A stretch of 64,000 nucleotides of DNA from Dipteris shenzhenensis (taxonomy: Eukaryota): assembly GCA_047967505.1 (NCBI GenBank), contig CM106538.1; one strand, written 5' to 3'. This document shows, in pieces, positions 10,501-22,700 of the stretch. Position 1 is the stretch's first letter. Each line of letters opens with the position of its first letter. The notes under the pieces were generated by a model. It saw only the letters and a list, made by a program, of their open reading frames with translations, did not search any database and was not told the origin of the DNA. The position numbers were made by a program, and so were the translations under genes.

Positions 10501-12456
10501 CTACACCAAACAGAGGTCCAAAAGAATCGACAAAAGGCCCGCTTTGATGCTAAGATTCGCAAGGGATGGGAAAGACACTTTGATGAGGGGGATGTTGTGC
10601 TATGCTTTGATAACAGATTGGACCACCAAATGGATAAGAAGTTTCTGCCACTGTGGACTGATCCATACAAAGTCATCAAGGAATGGGTCTGTACAAGTTC
10701 AGGAGCTGCATGAACCATATGGCAAGAAGGTGATCAACAAGCGTTACCTCAAGCCTTTCTTTGTGCATGATGGACCCAGGCATGGAAATGCTATGCATTC
10801 CCTGCCTGGGGGGGGGGGGGGAATTGTTATGGATAAAATTGTCTAAGGAAAAAGGCATTAATATGTGTGTGTGTTTGTATATGTGGCAATAGTATAATAA
10901 AATATGGTGTGCATAGGGCCCAGGGTTGAGGTGGCAGGGCATGACCATGTGCCACCCTTCCACGTAAGAGGACCCATAAGGTGTGTTGTACATAATCCAT
11001 GATAGTAATATCATAAAATGTAAGGTGGCATGGCTCCTCCATGTGCCACCCCTCCACCTAGGCTGCATTTAGTGAGATATGGCTCAAAGTCCATGGGAGA
11101 AGTAATATAAAATAGGTGGAGATGGATATTATATTGAGTTATTCCCTCCATATGGGATAGGCCCATGTGAGGGAGGTATAGAAGGTCCAAGAGAGCAAGT
11201 TAAATAATGGGAAAAGTAGGATGAGGTGGCAAGATTCCTTGTGCCAACCCTCCACTTGTCCTCCTAGAGGTTTGAACATATTATAAAATTGGGAAGAGAC
11301 CAAGGGAGTATCATAGACTTGAGATATGGGGCTTGATTTATGTGGAAAATTGAGGCCAAGGGTTGTCGCACACAATTGAGAGTGCATAACCGCCTAGCCC
11401 ACATGGGAGACTTTTCCACATACACCATGCATGTGGGAGGATGCATTAATTGGGAGACCCCTCTTTTGGCTATAAAAGGAGGGGGCTATTCCTTGATGAG
11501 ACACGCTCATTCTTGTAAAGCCACCTAGCTAGTACTTTGATATTTCCCTCTCATCCTTTCAAATAAAGTATGGTCCTCTTCCCTTGATGTCTCCATCTTT
11601 ACATTCCTCCTCCTATCATGTACATGCTTCTCCTCCCCCCTCTCCCTTTCCCCTTGTGTCATAGTCTCCCTCTTCATTTCCTCCCCTTCTAATTCCTTTT
11701 CCCCTCCCATGAAACGTTTCGCCCTCACGATCTCCTTTCCTCTATGGCCCTCGAGCGTCGCCATGCTTAGCCTCTAGCCTCTGGTCTTGATTTCTTTTTT
11801 GGCTAATAGTGTTCATATGTTGCTTACAAATTGTCCTTCACAAGAGGTTACTACATGCTTCTAAATTAGCATGTGGCACATATGGCGTGGCATTATGACG
11901 TCTACGATTGGCATGATAATGAGCTAGCTATTGATGATGTGGCCACTCTACCACATGGCAATTTTATGACCTAACCTTATCTCTAACCTAATATACCATG
12001 TGTTAATTTCTTGACAAACTAAGGTTTGTAATGGAAAGGAAGCTATGGACTTCTGCAAGATCTTCAGCTTTGTTGATGATGAGTGTTTCTCATTCTTTCA
12101 TCCACTTCTAGCCTAGGGCCCTATTTTGTGTTTGGGTTGGGTTTTTGTTGTTTGTGTTGTAGAAGTAACGTCCTGCTTGTATTGCTTGAGCATCTGTCAC
12201 TTTTGATGTGTGTCACTTGCCATGGTTATTGTGGGTCTCGCGCTAGTGCGCTATCTATCTTTGGCTTAGTCAGCTTGCAGGTTGAGCTTATGTTGTGGTC
12301 TGTGTATGCTGCACCACTAGTTTAATTTGTCTGGTTGCAACTACCTAGTGTTTGATTTCTTTTGTTGTCTTTTATGTAGGACTTCATTGTTCGGCCAGCT
12401 TGTGTTTTGTTCATCCATTGACCGTGTCTTGCTCTGAGAATATTTTATGGATAACA
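7520..12456 (+). mobile_element. 5'-truncated Ty3/gypsy non-chromovirus element: pol, PPT and putative 3' LTR
   Basis: PR-RT-RH-INT order. G-run PPT at about 10808-10823. Putative LTR 10825-12456 bounded by TGTTAT...ATAACA, with TATAAAA near 11471. No gag or 5' LTR visible. Confidence 0.85.
7556..10846 (+). pseudogene. Gypsy pol polyprotein (protease, RT, degenerate RNase H, integrase)
   Basis: CVDGGATCN protease; VMPFGL and FLDD RT motifs; HHCC integrase zinc finger interrupted by stop 9740-9742; WGIDFVGP and SDHG core; frameshifts after about 10330. Confidence 0.92.
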
Positions 12457-13357
12457 ACCTACCTTTTGCTGCTATATTGCTCATTAGGATCTTTGACAAT
12501 GGTTACCAGAAGGAAACTCACAAAATAGAAGTGAAATATTTTAGAATGATGGAGAATGGATGTGCCACTTTGGCAGGCTAGCCGTGCGGTGCATCATGAA
12601 AGACACTTGCAAAAGGTTAGACCATTGCCTCCTCACACAAAGTGCAGAAAAAGACCATTTCTGTATGAAGTAGAGTGGCAAATAAAGTTGGGTGCATATA
12701 TGGCCTTGCCACAAACCCTTGAAATATGAGGACATTGCATAGTCATTTCCCAACTTGAGGCCCTTTTCCTACTCGGATTGGGCAAACCAGTGAAAAATTG
12801 TTGCAATCCATTAACAAGGGATGTGTGTAACTTAATCCCATTGTCATGCCAAGGTTAGGGAGGGAAGTAAAAGCATGATTTTGTGGGTGAAAAGGAGCAA
12901 TGGGGTTTTAAGGGTAAGGGAAAGTGTTGGGAACAAAATAGGTTAAGGAGTCCTTTTTGTTTGCAACCTACTAGGAAATTATAATAGTGTTTTTGACATT
13001 TTTATTGAGACATATATGCTAACACTTATATTAACTTTGAAAATTTTCTAGAAACCTTTTCTTCCAAGGAATGCCTAAGTAGACTTGTATTTGATGGATG
13101 TGTTTTGAGGAGAGAGGGAAAGCCGGAAGGCAAAAGGGTTTTGGGAGAATGGAATGCTACACAGTGATGGGAGACATGGCAAGGGATGGGGGATAGGGGT
13201 TGGAGTTGGAGTTGGGTTGTTGATTATGGATAAGAGGGTGTGGTTTGGAATGTCATTTTACTTACATAATCAAATTGTACTTCTTCATTTATACTTCCTT
13301 TTCCCATTTTTACAGGCATTTTGGTTCCTTTGTATTTCAACAAGTATACAATAACAA

Positions 13358-13363
<6 letters not shown>

Positions 13364-13395
<32 letters not shown>
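13364..13395. repeat. (GA)n microsatellite
   Basis: Seen directly. Confidence 0.95.
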
Positions 13396-13397
<2 letters not shown>

Positions 13398-14449
13398 TTA
13401 AAGTATGGGTCAAGTAACAACAGTGGTCCTTCCAATGAATACCCACTCAAGGTTGAATTTTTGGGATGTGGGAAGTGGCTGTTTCTTTTTTCTTTTTTTT
13501 AAATAATAAAATTGTGGAATTTATTAGGGGGGTGGTCAGCCCACGAAAAAATACCAAGGATACAAAATTCGGTCCTAGAAGGGCTACCCGCCGCCCTAGA
13601 CTGTGCTGCATGCAGCTACCACCCTCTAGCTTGATCTCGTGGTTGACTACAAACTTATCAACACTTCACTAACTAGTGGATCCTTTTCTGCGATGATATG
13701 GCCCTCTACTGCATTTTCCCCGCATAACTTGCTTGTCTACCACCCACATAGATTTTGTAAGTGTAGGCTCCCATGAGGGAAAGCTTATCTTATAAGACCC
13801 ATAGCAGCAACCATAGGCTCTTATGAGTTGGCATGAAAGCCTTGAATGTTAGTGCGTCCAACATTTGAACCCACGAAGTGAGCATCTACATCCTCTCTTT
13901 TATATTAGTAAGTGTAATATATAGTGTTTTTTTTAAAGGCCCCCCCAAGAAAACACTCAAACATTTGGCCACTGGCCACAACTCATATATCTTTAGACAT
14001 AGTATCATGACATTTTTTTGCACTATTTTCCATGTACTTATGCCTAGAATAATGCAGTCTAGTGTAGTGTATTGCAAAATTTGGCATTTTTGGTGACAAA
14101 ATGGCTTTTAAAACCCATTTTATCAAACTTTTGATGATATTTTTCATTTGGGGCTAGTTAACATGACATTTTGCCCAATATTCCTTTGGGTGCCTAAATT
14201 TTGCCAAGTTTCACCCCAAACACTAGTAATTACTAATATAAGCTATGAAGCAATGCTTTTTCCCTTCTCAACAAGCATGATATAAGGTCTGAGGCAATGT
14301 TTAATTTTTTCATGGACTTTTTAGTAGCCAATGCTACCATCCTTTACACTTTAATTGACCTAAGTCAATGAAACTTTAATTGACCTAAGCCACCCTTGTT
14401 GCTACTTGCCTCCTTGATTTCAAGAAAGGGCTATGTAGCCATCATGGCC

Positions 14450-15560
14450 CCCTTGATTTTTAGGAAAGGGCTCCTCAAGGCCCTTTTCCCTCATATCTTT
14501 TGATGAGATGCTTGCATTTTTCATGATTTGGTCGAGACATAGCAATTGCTATCTTACACTGGTTATTGCCTCAGATGCCATGAGATGATGTAGCACCATC
14601 TTTGCTATTGTCAATAGTATTGGCTCATCGAATGATTGGAAGAAGCGGTTGATTGAGCATAATAGTCACTACCTTACCTAGGGAATTGCCTTCAAGGTTG
14701 CCATGAGTTGCAACTTTCCATTTGACGATTGAAAAAGTGCACATGTTGCCCTGTGCTATACCATTTTTCAAATCCAATGGCTTTTGATCAGGGACATTAA
14801 CCGAGATGGCCCATCACAAGTATTTGAGGGCATGAGATCAAGGTGAAGAAAAGGGTACCCCTTTTCTATGGTGGTGATGTCAATAAACAGAAGTACTCGG
14901 AATTCTAAGAAGTGTTTATACTCAAATTTCATCGGCTTTGGCATATTCTTATTAATGATACTCTTCATGTGGGCTTCTTGCTAATGCATTCTTAACCATG
15001 ACTCACTTTTGCTTGAGGTTCTAATCTCCCGCAACAATATTGTTGTCACATTTTCTTTCATTTTTCAAGTACCAAGGTTAATAGTCACCTACAATATGGT
15101 TAGGCAATTGGCCTTAAGGTTGGAGATGTAGGTTGAGCTCTTGAGAGCCTTGTTTAGGCACTTAGGTAGGTTTCACAAACATCTACCTATGGATTAATGG
15201 CAGCCAATGAAAACTCGTGCGAGTAAGGTTGGTTTCATAAGTGTCTATTAGGTGCATGAAGCGGGCCTTGATGTCTTCCAGTTGTAGACTAACAAAAAGG
15301 CTTGCATATTCACAAAGGGAGGACTGGAAAAGCTGATGCCTGGGGCCTCGAGGGTCCTAGGTTCAATTCCTGAAGAACAAGTAGCCATTGGCCTACAAAT
15401 GTTGAACATTGCCGGACCAAAGTGTGGCTTTGCTTGGGCATGATCACCTGCCAATGCGTTTTTGTTATGTGTAGAGCAGCTGGATGCTTGTGAAATGACG
15501 AGAAGGCATATGCACCCAGCAGGATGTGTGCATTCGGGTGCGAGTTTGGACATTTTTTGG
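14450..15560 (-). pseudogene. Possible very degenerate hAT-like transposase remnant
   Basis: Only scattered short minus-strand resemblances (NKNALAGDHAQAKP, SSPPFVNM, ENVTTI, HLDLM, EPILL) in roughly hAT order; no continuous frame. Confidence 0.25.
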
Positions 15561-15615
15561 GCTCACGCCAAGGTTCATGGATGGGAGGTGGTGGTGTTGA
15601 GCACATGGGTACTTG

Positions 15616-15885
15616 TTTGGCCATCGGGGCGCTGGATGCACTGGTCACTTTGCATGACCAATGGGTTGCCTCGCTATTTGTATGTAGCCTCTGTATGACG
15701 ACGTTGTGAGCTATTGCGCGAGTGTGGCTCGAGTGGTGGTGGGGTGTCGAGTTGGCCACCCGGGTGCTGGATGCACTGGTCACTTTGCTTGACCAATGGG
15801 TTGCCTCGTTGTTTCTATGTAGCCTCTCTACAATGAGTTTGCGAGCTATTGCGCGAGTGTGGCGCGAGTGGCGGTGGGGTTGTGA
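15616..15885. repeat. Imperfect 135-bp tandem duplication in the upstream/promoter region of the threonine dehydratase gene
   Basis: GCTGGATGCACTGGTCACTTTGC...GAGCTATTGCGCGAGTGTGG begins at 15631 and again at 15766. Confidence 0.9.
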
Positions 15886-16153
15886 GGTGATCCATCTGCC
15901 GAGTTGGCCACCACATGCATGTGTGCGGGCACAGGCCCTAGCGCCCCGTGCCCCCCTCAACCGCCCCCGCCCCCGCCCCCTTCCCCCCTTTTTCGCCATA
16001 ATGTTGGTGCCACCAAGTGAAGTGTGTGGACTTTCAAACTGTGGAGAAATCTTCCAATTCTTGTGGAGTTGAGCAAAGAAAGCAATGGAGCTTGCAGGTG
16101 GTGGTCTTCTTCTTCTTCATCTTCTTGTAGATGTTGTTGCATAGATCAAAGCC

Positions 16154-16711
16154 ATGGAGACCTCCCTCTTCACGCTTCCCTGCTCCAAACTCCCTCACCA
16201 TCATCCTCACCCTCTGAGCTCTCTCACCTTCCTTGCCTCTCCATCTCCATCTCCATCTCCATTTCCATCTCCTTCTCGCCTTCCTTGCTGCTTCAGCCTC
16301 CACCATCACATCTTCCTCGCCAATTCTCCCGATCCTCCCCTTACCCGCACAGTTGATCCTCCTCCTCCTCCTCCTCCTCCTCCTTCCCTGCCCCTCTCGC
16401 GAGCTTCCTCCAATGGATCTGCCGCTGTTTCCCCCAATTGCCAGCCCTCCCAAACCATCTCGCCTCCTCAGCCTCTCCTCACATTGCCTCCTGACTCTTT
16501 GCAATACCAGCCTGGCTTTCTCGGTGCCATTTCTCCCCATACCGCCCCTCCCCACGCTCGCTCATCTCGTCAATCCGCCCTTTCGTACTTGACTCGCACC
16601 CTTTCTTCCAAAGTTTACGATGTCGCGATTGAGACCCCCTTGGAGGTGGCTCCCAAGTTGAGTGAGCGGACTGGGGCACACATTTTTCTCAAGCGAGAGG
16701 ACCTGCAACCG
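16154..16711 (+). CDS. OMR1: TD exon 1 (Ser/Pro-rich putative transit peptide plus N-terminus, to KREDLQP)
   Basis: [12 protein letters not shown]...FLKREDLQP, then GT donor at 16712. Start codon choice is inferred. Confidence 0.9.
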
Positions 16712-19700
16712 GTAATTTCAGCTCTGAGTACACTGAGAATTGTTCAATTCGTATGCGGGCGGTTTCGTGGTTCAAACTCTCGATGAATCGACATCTGCTG
16801 GCAGGTCTTCTCCTTCAAGCTGCGCGGTGCTTACAATATGATGGCAAATCTTTCGAGGGAGCAGCTAGAGCGAGGCGTCATCTGCTCTTCCGCTGGTAAT
16901 CATGCTCAGGGAGTTGCTTTAGCAGCCCGCAAACTGAATTGTGACGCCGTTATTGCTATGCCCGTGACGACTCCAGAAATTAAGGTTTAGCTTTTCAAAT
17001 GCTTAACGCCCATGCAGTTTTTTTTTTTTTTGCATTGGAGTGCAACCGAAAGCAGTACTCCCAAACTGGTGCTCATTGTTTTGTTTCGCACGATCTGCAG
17101 TGGAAATCGGTCGAAAGGCTAGGAGCTACCGTTGTTTTAATAGGAGATTCATATGATGAAACGCAATCATATGCAAAGCAAAGAAGTTCTGCAGAGGGGC
17201 GAGTCTTCGTTCCACCTTTCGATCATCCCGACGTAATAGCAGGGCAGGGAACAATTGGGATGGAGATTATCCGACAATTTTCTGGACCCTTACATGCTGT
17301 ATTTGTTCCTGTCGGGGGTGGTGGCCTTATCGCTGGCATTGCGGCTTATATGAAACAAGTGCGGCCAGAGGTAATCTGCGGCGCTGCATTTTTAATACCT
17401 GTCCCTTGTCGTTTTTAAAGAATGTCAGAAAATGTTGGGTGGTGCACATTGTTTTCCGGGAATTACAAATAAGCTTCTCCTTTTGGTTTTTGACCACCTT
17501 TGAATTAGGTCGAATAAGGGTGGTTGAGAAGTTTTGAAATGTTAGACGCACTTCTGCAGACTATGGCCATCGTGGAAGCTAGTACAAATAAATTAAATGC
17601 TGCTAAGGGATGTGAGCAAAAATCTTTATCTTGGAGACCACATATCCCAATATTAAAATACTTTTTCAAAAATGCAATATTATAAAATACTGTAACAAAA
17701 TCTAATGTTGCTAAGGGATGGTTGGCTGTACATCTGTTCAATGCACTGTGTATACAACTGGCTGCCGCAGACTGCACACGCTATATACAAAGCGATGTAA
17801 ACGTGTATGGGCAAGGTGCTGTGTAGATACGTATACTTCAGAAAACTGCTATATAAGACGTTGTGTATAGGCAGCAATTTAAAGGTATGACAAGTAGATA
17901 TCTCTTGTAGTTGGAGATCTTAGATTCTTTGCTACTTTGGTTTTGTGGAACAACTGTTAGATATACTATGCTTTGAAGACGTGTGTTTGGAGACATATGA
18001 AATGATCGTGAAACCATGCATCAAGTGTGGTTACAGTAATACTTGGTTTTGATGGCAATAGCAATTTGAGAATTACAGACGGAGCAAATATAAACTGGAA
18101 CTCTTAAACATATGATGTCTTATTACAACCGTTAGGAGGGAAGGATAACCAACACTGACGTAGAAGTACTCAAAAAAACCTTGACGAGTCCTAGGATGAT
18201 AGCAAAATTGTGCTAGATGGCTGTGCTTGCTACATGCCCGTGAATTTGCAATCATCAACTTGAAACACATTGTAGGAACAAGATCCAATCACCATAGAGC
18301 CACAACTGAGGGTCCAACAGCTAGACAACATTCCAATTGGCAAAAAAAAGTGCCCGGGGTCTGCATACAGGCCAGAAACAGACCCCAGAGCAGCAACCCA
18401 TGATTTTTAAAGAGATGCCCTGAGGAAGATGGCAATTTTGTAGCAAGAGGTAGAACAGGTAGGAAAGAGCACGAAACCATATGTGCTTTCACTCTAAAAG
18501 GCTGAAACTGAAATCGCTATTAGGGAAACATGGTGTTAGCAGCAAGACAGGAGCACACCCTAAGCAGAGATTGCAATTTAGGAACAGGAGGATGTCGACG
18601 CACACAGGTGCTGGGCAAGGTGATGGATGAAGGGCTGGAGCAAGGAGGAGCAAGAACAAGCTAGAGAAACAACTCATAATGTACGCTAGTGAGAAAACTG
18701 GAATTAGAACATGAATATAAAGATACGAAAGCTGAAAAGCTCAAGAAAGCAACGAAAAGCTAAAATTTTCACTTTGTATTTAGTTTTAAAGTGAATCAAA
18801 TACTCTAACCTACATAGGAGCTTGCACACAAGACCTAGAACAAACCCTAAGCTTGCTAGCACATAACTTAAGTAGACAACTTGGATCCAACCCAAACTTA
18901 AACCTATAGTTAGGTCTTGATGTGCACTATCTAATGTACAATTAGAGTGATCAAGGTGATTTTGTAGACTATAAGAAAAACACTTGTGGTTCCGAAGGAT
19001 GTTCTTCTTAAATCTAATTTATTTCACTTTGACCTTGTTGAAAGCGTCATGGCTTAGCACACCAAGGCTAAACTCCAAGCCCTAGTATTACAGTGTCAGA
19101 GACTAATTGAAGGTGTAAATTCTCTAGAGGTATGGAAACCCTGCGTGTATGTTCACCCAAATTGCCGTTGGTGTGTATAGTATTTGTCCAAATACTTGCC
19201 AATGTGTGTGGGTGGATCTCGAGGCCATTCAAAGCGTATGTGCATTTGGATCTGCAAATATGCCACGTTGAAACGCTCGCTAGAATCTCCAAGGAAGTAT
19301 CTAGTGACGCATATGGAAGTCTTTGAGGAGACCATTTAGAGAGCATGGCTGAAGTAGATATAACCAAAAGAGTCAAAGAAGAATCATGCCTCTCATAAAA
19401 TACCCGAGGCCCCGAAAGAGAGAGCTAAGCCATCGAGCCCCAAGTCATGAAGAAGGTAGAAGGAACAAAAGTGCTCAATAGACTAGCAATCCCCCTCTAG
19501 ATGATCCTTGCCTATGTGCAGGCCTATCAACAATGTTGAATAAACTCCTCAGCAGAGAGGCAACAAGGGCAAGTAGTGGGTGCTCCGAACTGGGACCTCC
19601 ACTGGTTCACTACAATCCCTCCATGGATAGAAAGACAAAATATTCTTGAGGGAAATTTAGAGTGTCTCCAAAAGTATTTATGCAAGTGACTGCATCAATC

Positions 19701-22700
19701 CACTCCCACTCTCCCAGGTTCTACTGTAAATACTTTATGGGGACACCTCCATAGAGCGGATCCTAACCTAGGGGAATGTGATCCGAGTTAGGGTTTAGGT
19801 ACCATCTTGGAGCCATGACCTACAACCCTAATAGGATGAAAAACATCATTGATAAGGATATCCTAATCTCTAGACCTGGACAACTTGCCCCCTGAGTGAA
19901 CATCAGAGATCAAGGCATCTTATGTGAACGTCATAGTCCTACGACGCGTAAAGGCCCCAAGCCAAGTAGAGTGACAGTGAGGCTTGTCATTTGTATCAAC
20001 CCAATCCAAGGGTATGGCTGCATCAATCTGGTGAATTCTGCAATGAAAGAGGCAGGGGCAGATTGTAGGAAGGGGATAGAATTGGCAGCGCGTAAAGGCC
20101 CCAAGCCAAGTAGAGTGACAGTGAGGCTTGTCATTTGTATCAACCCAATCCAAGGGTATGGCTGCATCAATCTGGTGAATTCTGCAATGAAAGAGGCAGG
20201 GGCAGATTGTAGGAAGGGGATAGAATTGGCAGTAGGGAGAGAGATGAAGGGGGAGAAGGAGTGAGAAGTGAGGAAAGGAGGTAGAGGGAGAGGAAGAGAG
20301 AAGGGTGAGAGGAAGAGAGAGATAGAGAGAGATTGGGAGAGAGTGTAGGCAGCACGTATGTGGAAGGAGGGAGATGATTGGATTAGATGTCACATCCAAA
20401 AAGTCCACAATGATTGGTGGATGGCGAGTTATATAGTCTCTCCACATTTCCCACCTAAAAGGCCTCTAAAGGGCCTCTAAAATAGCCATATAGTCTCTCC
20501 ACATTTCCCACCAAAAAGGCCTCTAAAGGGCCTCTAAAATAGCCCTTCCCCCCCCTTCATTACAGCCATCCCTTCCCATAGAATTTTGCCCTCAAAATTT
20601 TACATTCTGGCTGTCTAAAAAGGTGCAGCAAACAGCAAAGTCCCTGCCACTTGATAAGATGCTCTATGTAGACCCTGTTTAGGAGCACATGGTCTCTGAA
20701 ACCCATGATGCGCTCCGGGATATAGAGGATGCGACCCTCCTTATCGATAGGTGGTAGCTGAGGAAGAACTTGGACATGTCGTCCTACATGCGGCTTCAGC
20801 AAGGACACATGGAAAACATTATGAATCTTGGAGGTACTGGTAGCTCCAACTCATACTCCACCTCTCCAACTTTGCGGATGATCTTGTAGGGAACCGTAAT
20901 ACCTGTAAGCAAGCTTCGTGCTGGTGTTACCTTTCAGCGAGGCATAACAGTTCTTATGGAGGCGTAAATGCACATAATCTCCTTCTTCAAAAGACAGATA
21001 CCTCCTGCGTTCATCCGCATACTTCTTCTGCTTGGCTTGGGCATCCTGCATATTCTTCTTAGCCAATCGCAGAAGGGCATCCATTCTTTCCAGGTCACTT
21101 CTTGCTTGCTGATTTTTCACAGCCATGTTTGCAATTAAAGGTGGCATCCCAACCTTGCATCCATACATTGCTTCAAAAGGGCTGATGCCAATAGAAAGGT
21201 GCTTGGTACTGTTGTAACAAAATTCAGCAAGAGCCAACCACTTATCCCAGGACTTATGTGTATCATGACAAAAGTGCCTCAAGTATTCGCCCACCCATTT
21301 GTTAATCCTTTCTGACTGTCCATCCGACTCAAGGTGGTAAGCAGTGTTAGGTGTGAGGAGAGTACCCATTGCTATGAATAACTCCTGCCAAAAGTGACCC
21401 ATAAATTTTGCATCTCTCTCACTGACAATTCCTGAGAGAAGCCATGATGCTTAAAAACATGCTCAATTAATTGCCAAGCAACGTGTGATGCTGAATACCG
21501 GGTCTTAGTGGGTATGAAGTGAGTCTGTTTTGTCATTATATCCACCACCACATAAATGCTATCCCATCCCGTCTCTATAGAAGGAAACCCTGTGATGAAA
21601 TCCATAGGTATGTGAGTCTATTTGCCTTCTGGAATAGGTAATGGCTGTAAGAGACCTGTGGGTAGCTGGCTGTGCACCTTATTCTGTTCGCAAGGCAAGC
21701 ATTCAGTGACATATTTAACCACGTCCCGCCGAATGCCTGTGAGAGATTGGGGAGAGAGAGAGAGAGCAAGAGAGAGTGAGCTAGAGAGCTGAAAGCTTGA
21801 GAGCTGAGTTGCAATAGAAGAGTGTAAAAGAGAACAACTAAAAGAGTAGAGATAAGGTTTTGTCCTAGTGACAAAACCTTAGTAGTCACTAACCATAGTT
21901 AGTGAACTAACTGCGGTTAGGGGGAAAAACCTCTTAAAGAGGGAAAAGTGCCCCTAACTAGCTTATTAAATTACATTGGTCATTGCTGAATTATATTTAT
22001 AATTCTAACACCCCCCTGCAGTGCCAATGTCATGTACAAGGCTGATCAATCACCAAACGGATATAAGTTCAGGGCACTGCGAAATGCCTCAAACTTTTCA
22101 CGTGGTAGTGCTTTGGTGAAAATATCTGCAACGCTGTCATGTGTGGACACAAAGATCATACTGATCTCTCGTGCATGCAACTTCTCTCTGACGTAGTGAT
22201 AGTGAACCTCAATGTGCTTCGTGCGAGCATGAAACACTGGATTCTTTGCCATTGCAATGGCACTCTGACTATCAGTGAGGATTGGAGAAGGACCCTCCAA
22301 AGACAGATGAAGATCAGCAAATAGACGTCGCAGCCAGACACATTCAACTATTGCTGTGAAAGCTGCCTTGTACTCAGCTTCACATGATGAGGTAGCCACT
22401 GTAGATTGTTTCTTGCTTAGCCAGGAAATGCAAGATTTACCCAAAAAGAAACAATTGCCACTAGTGAACTGCCTAGTGTCATAATCACCAGCCCAATCTG
22501 AATCACTGTAGGCATGCATCTGCAAGTCACCCCCTCGGGAAATAACAAGCCAAAAGACTTCGTGCCCTGCAAATAACGAAAGATGCGCTTAATTGCCTGC
22601 CAATGCATAGTTTTTGGGCTGTGCATGTACCTGCTCACCTGAGATACTGCAAACTGAATATTAGGTCTAGTGTTGCAGAGATATATGAGGCATCCAACAG

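Noticed and set aside
12480-12950. Possible LINE C-terminal zinc-finger remnant on the minus strand
   Set aside because: Only a CTLCEE-like fragment is visible; too degraded to support.
15310-16592. Antisense and overlapping ORFs around the TD start (e.g. 15310-15999, 16034-16555)
   Set aside because: Explained by the 135-bp duplication and the C-rich transit-peptide exon; no domain signal.
19896-20447. ORFs containing a 48-aa repeat
   Set aside because: By-product of the 144-bp duplication in LTR sequence.
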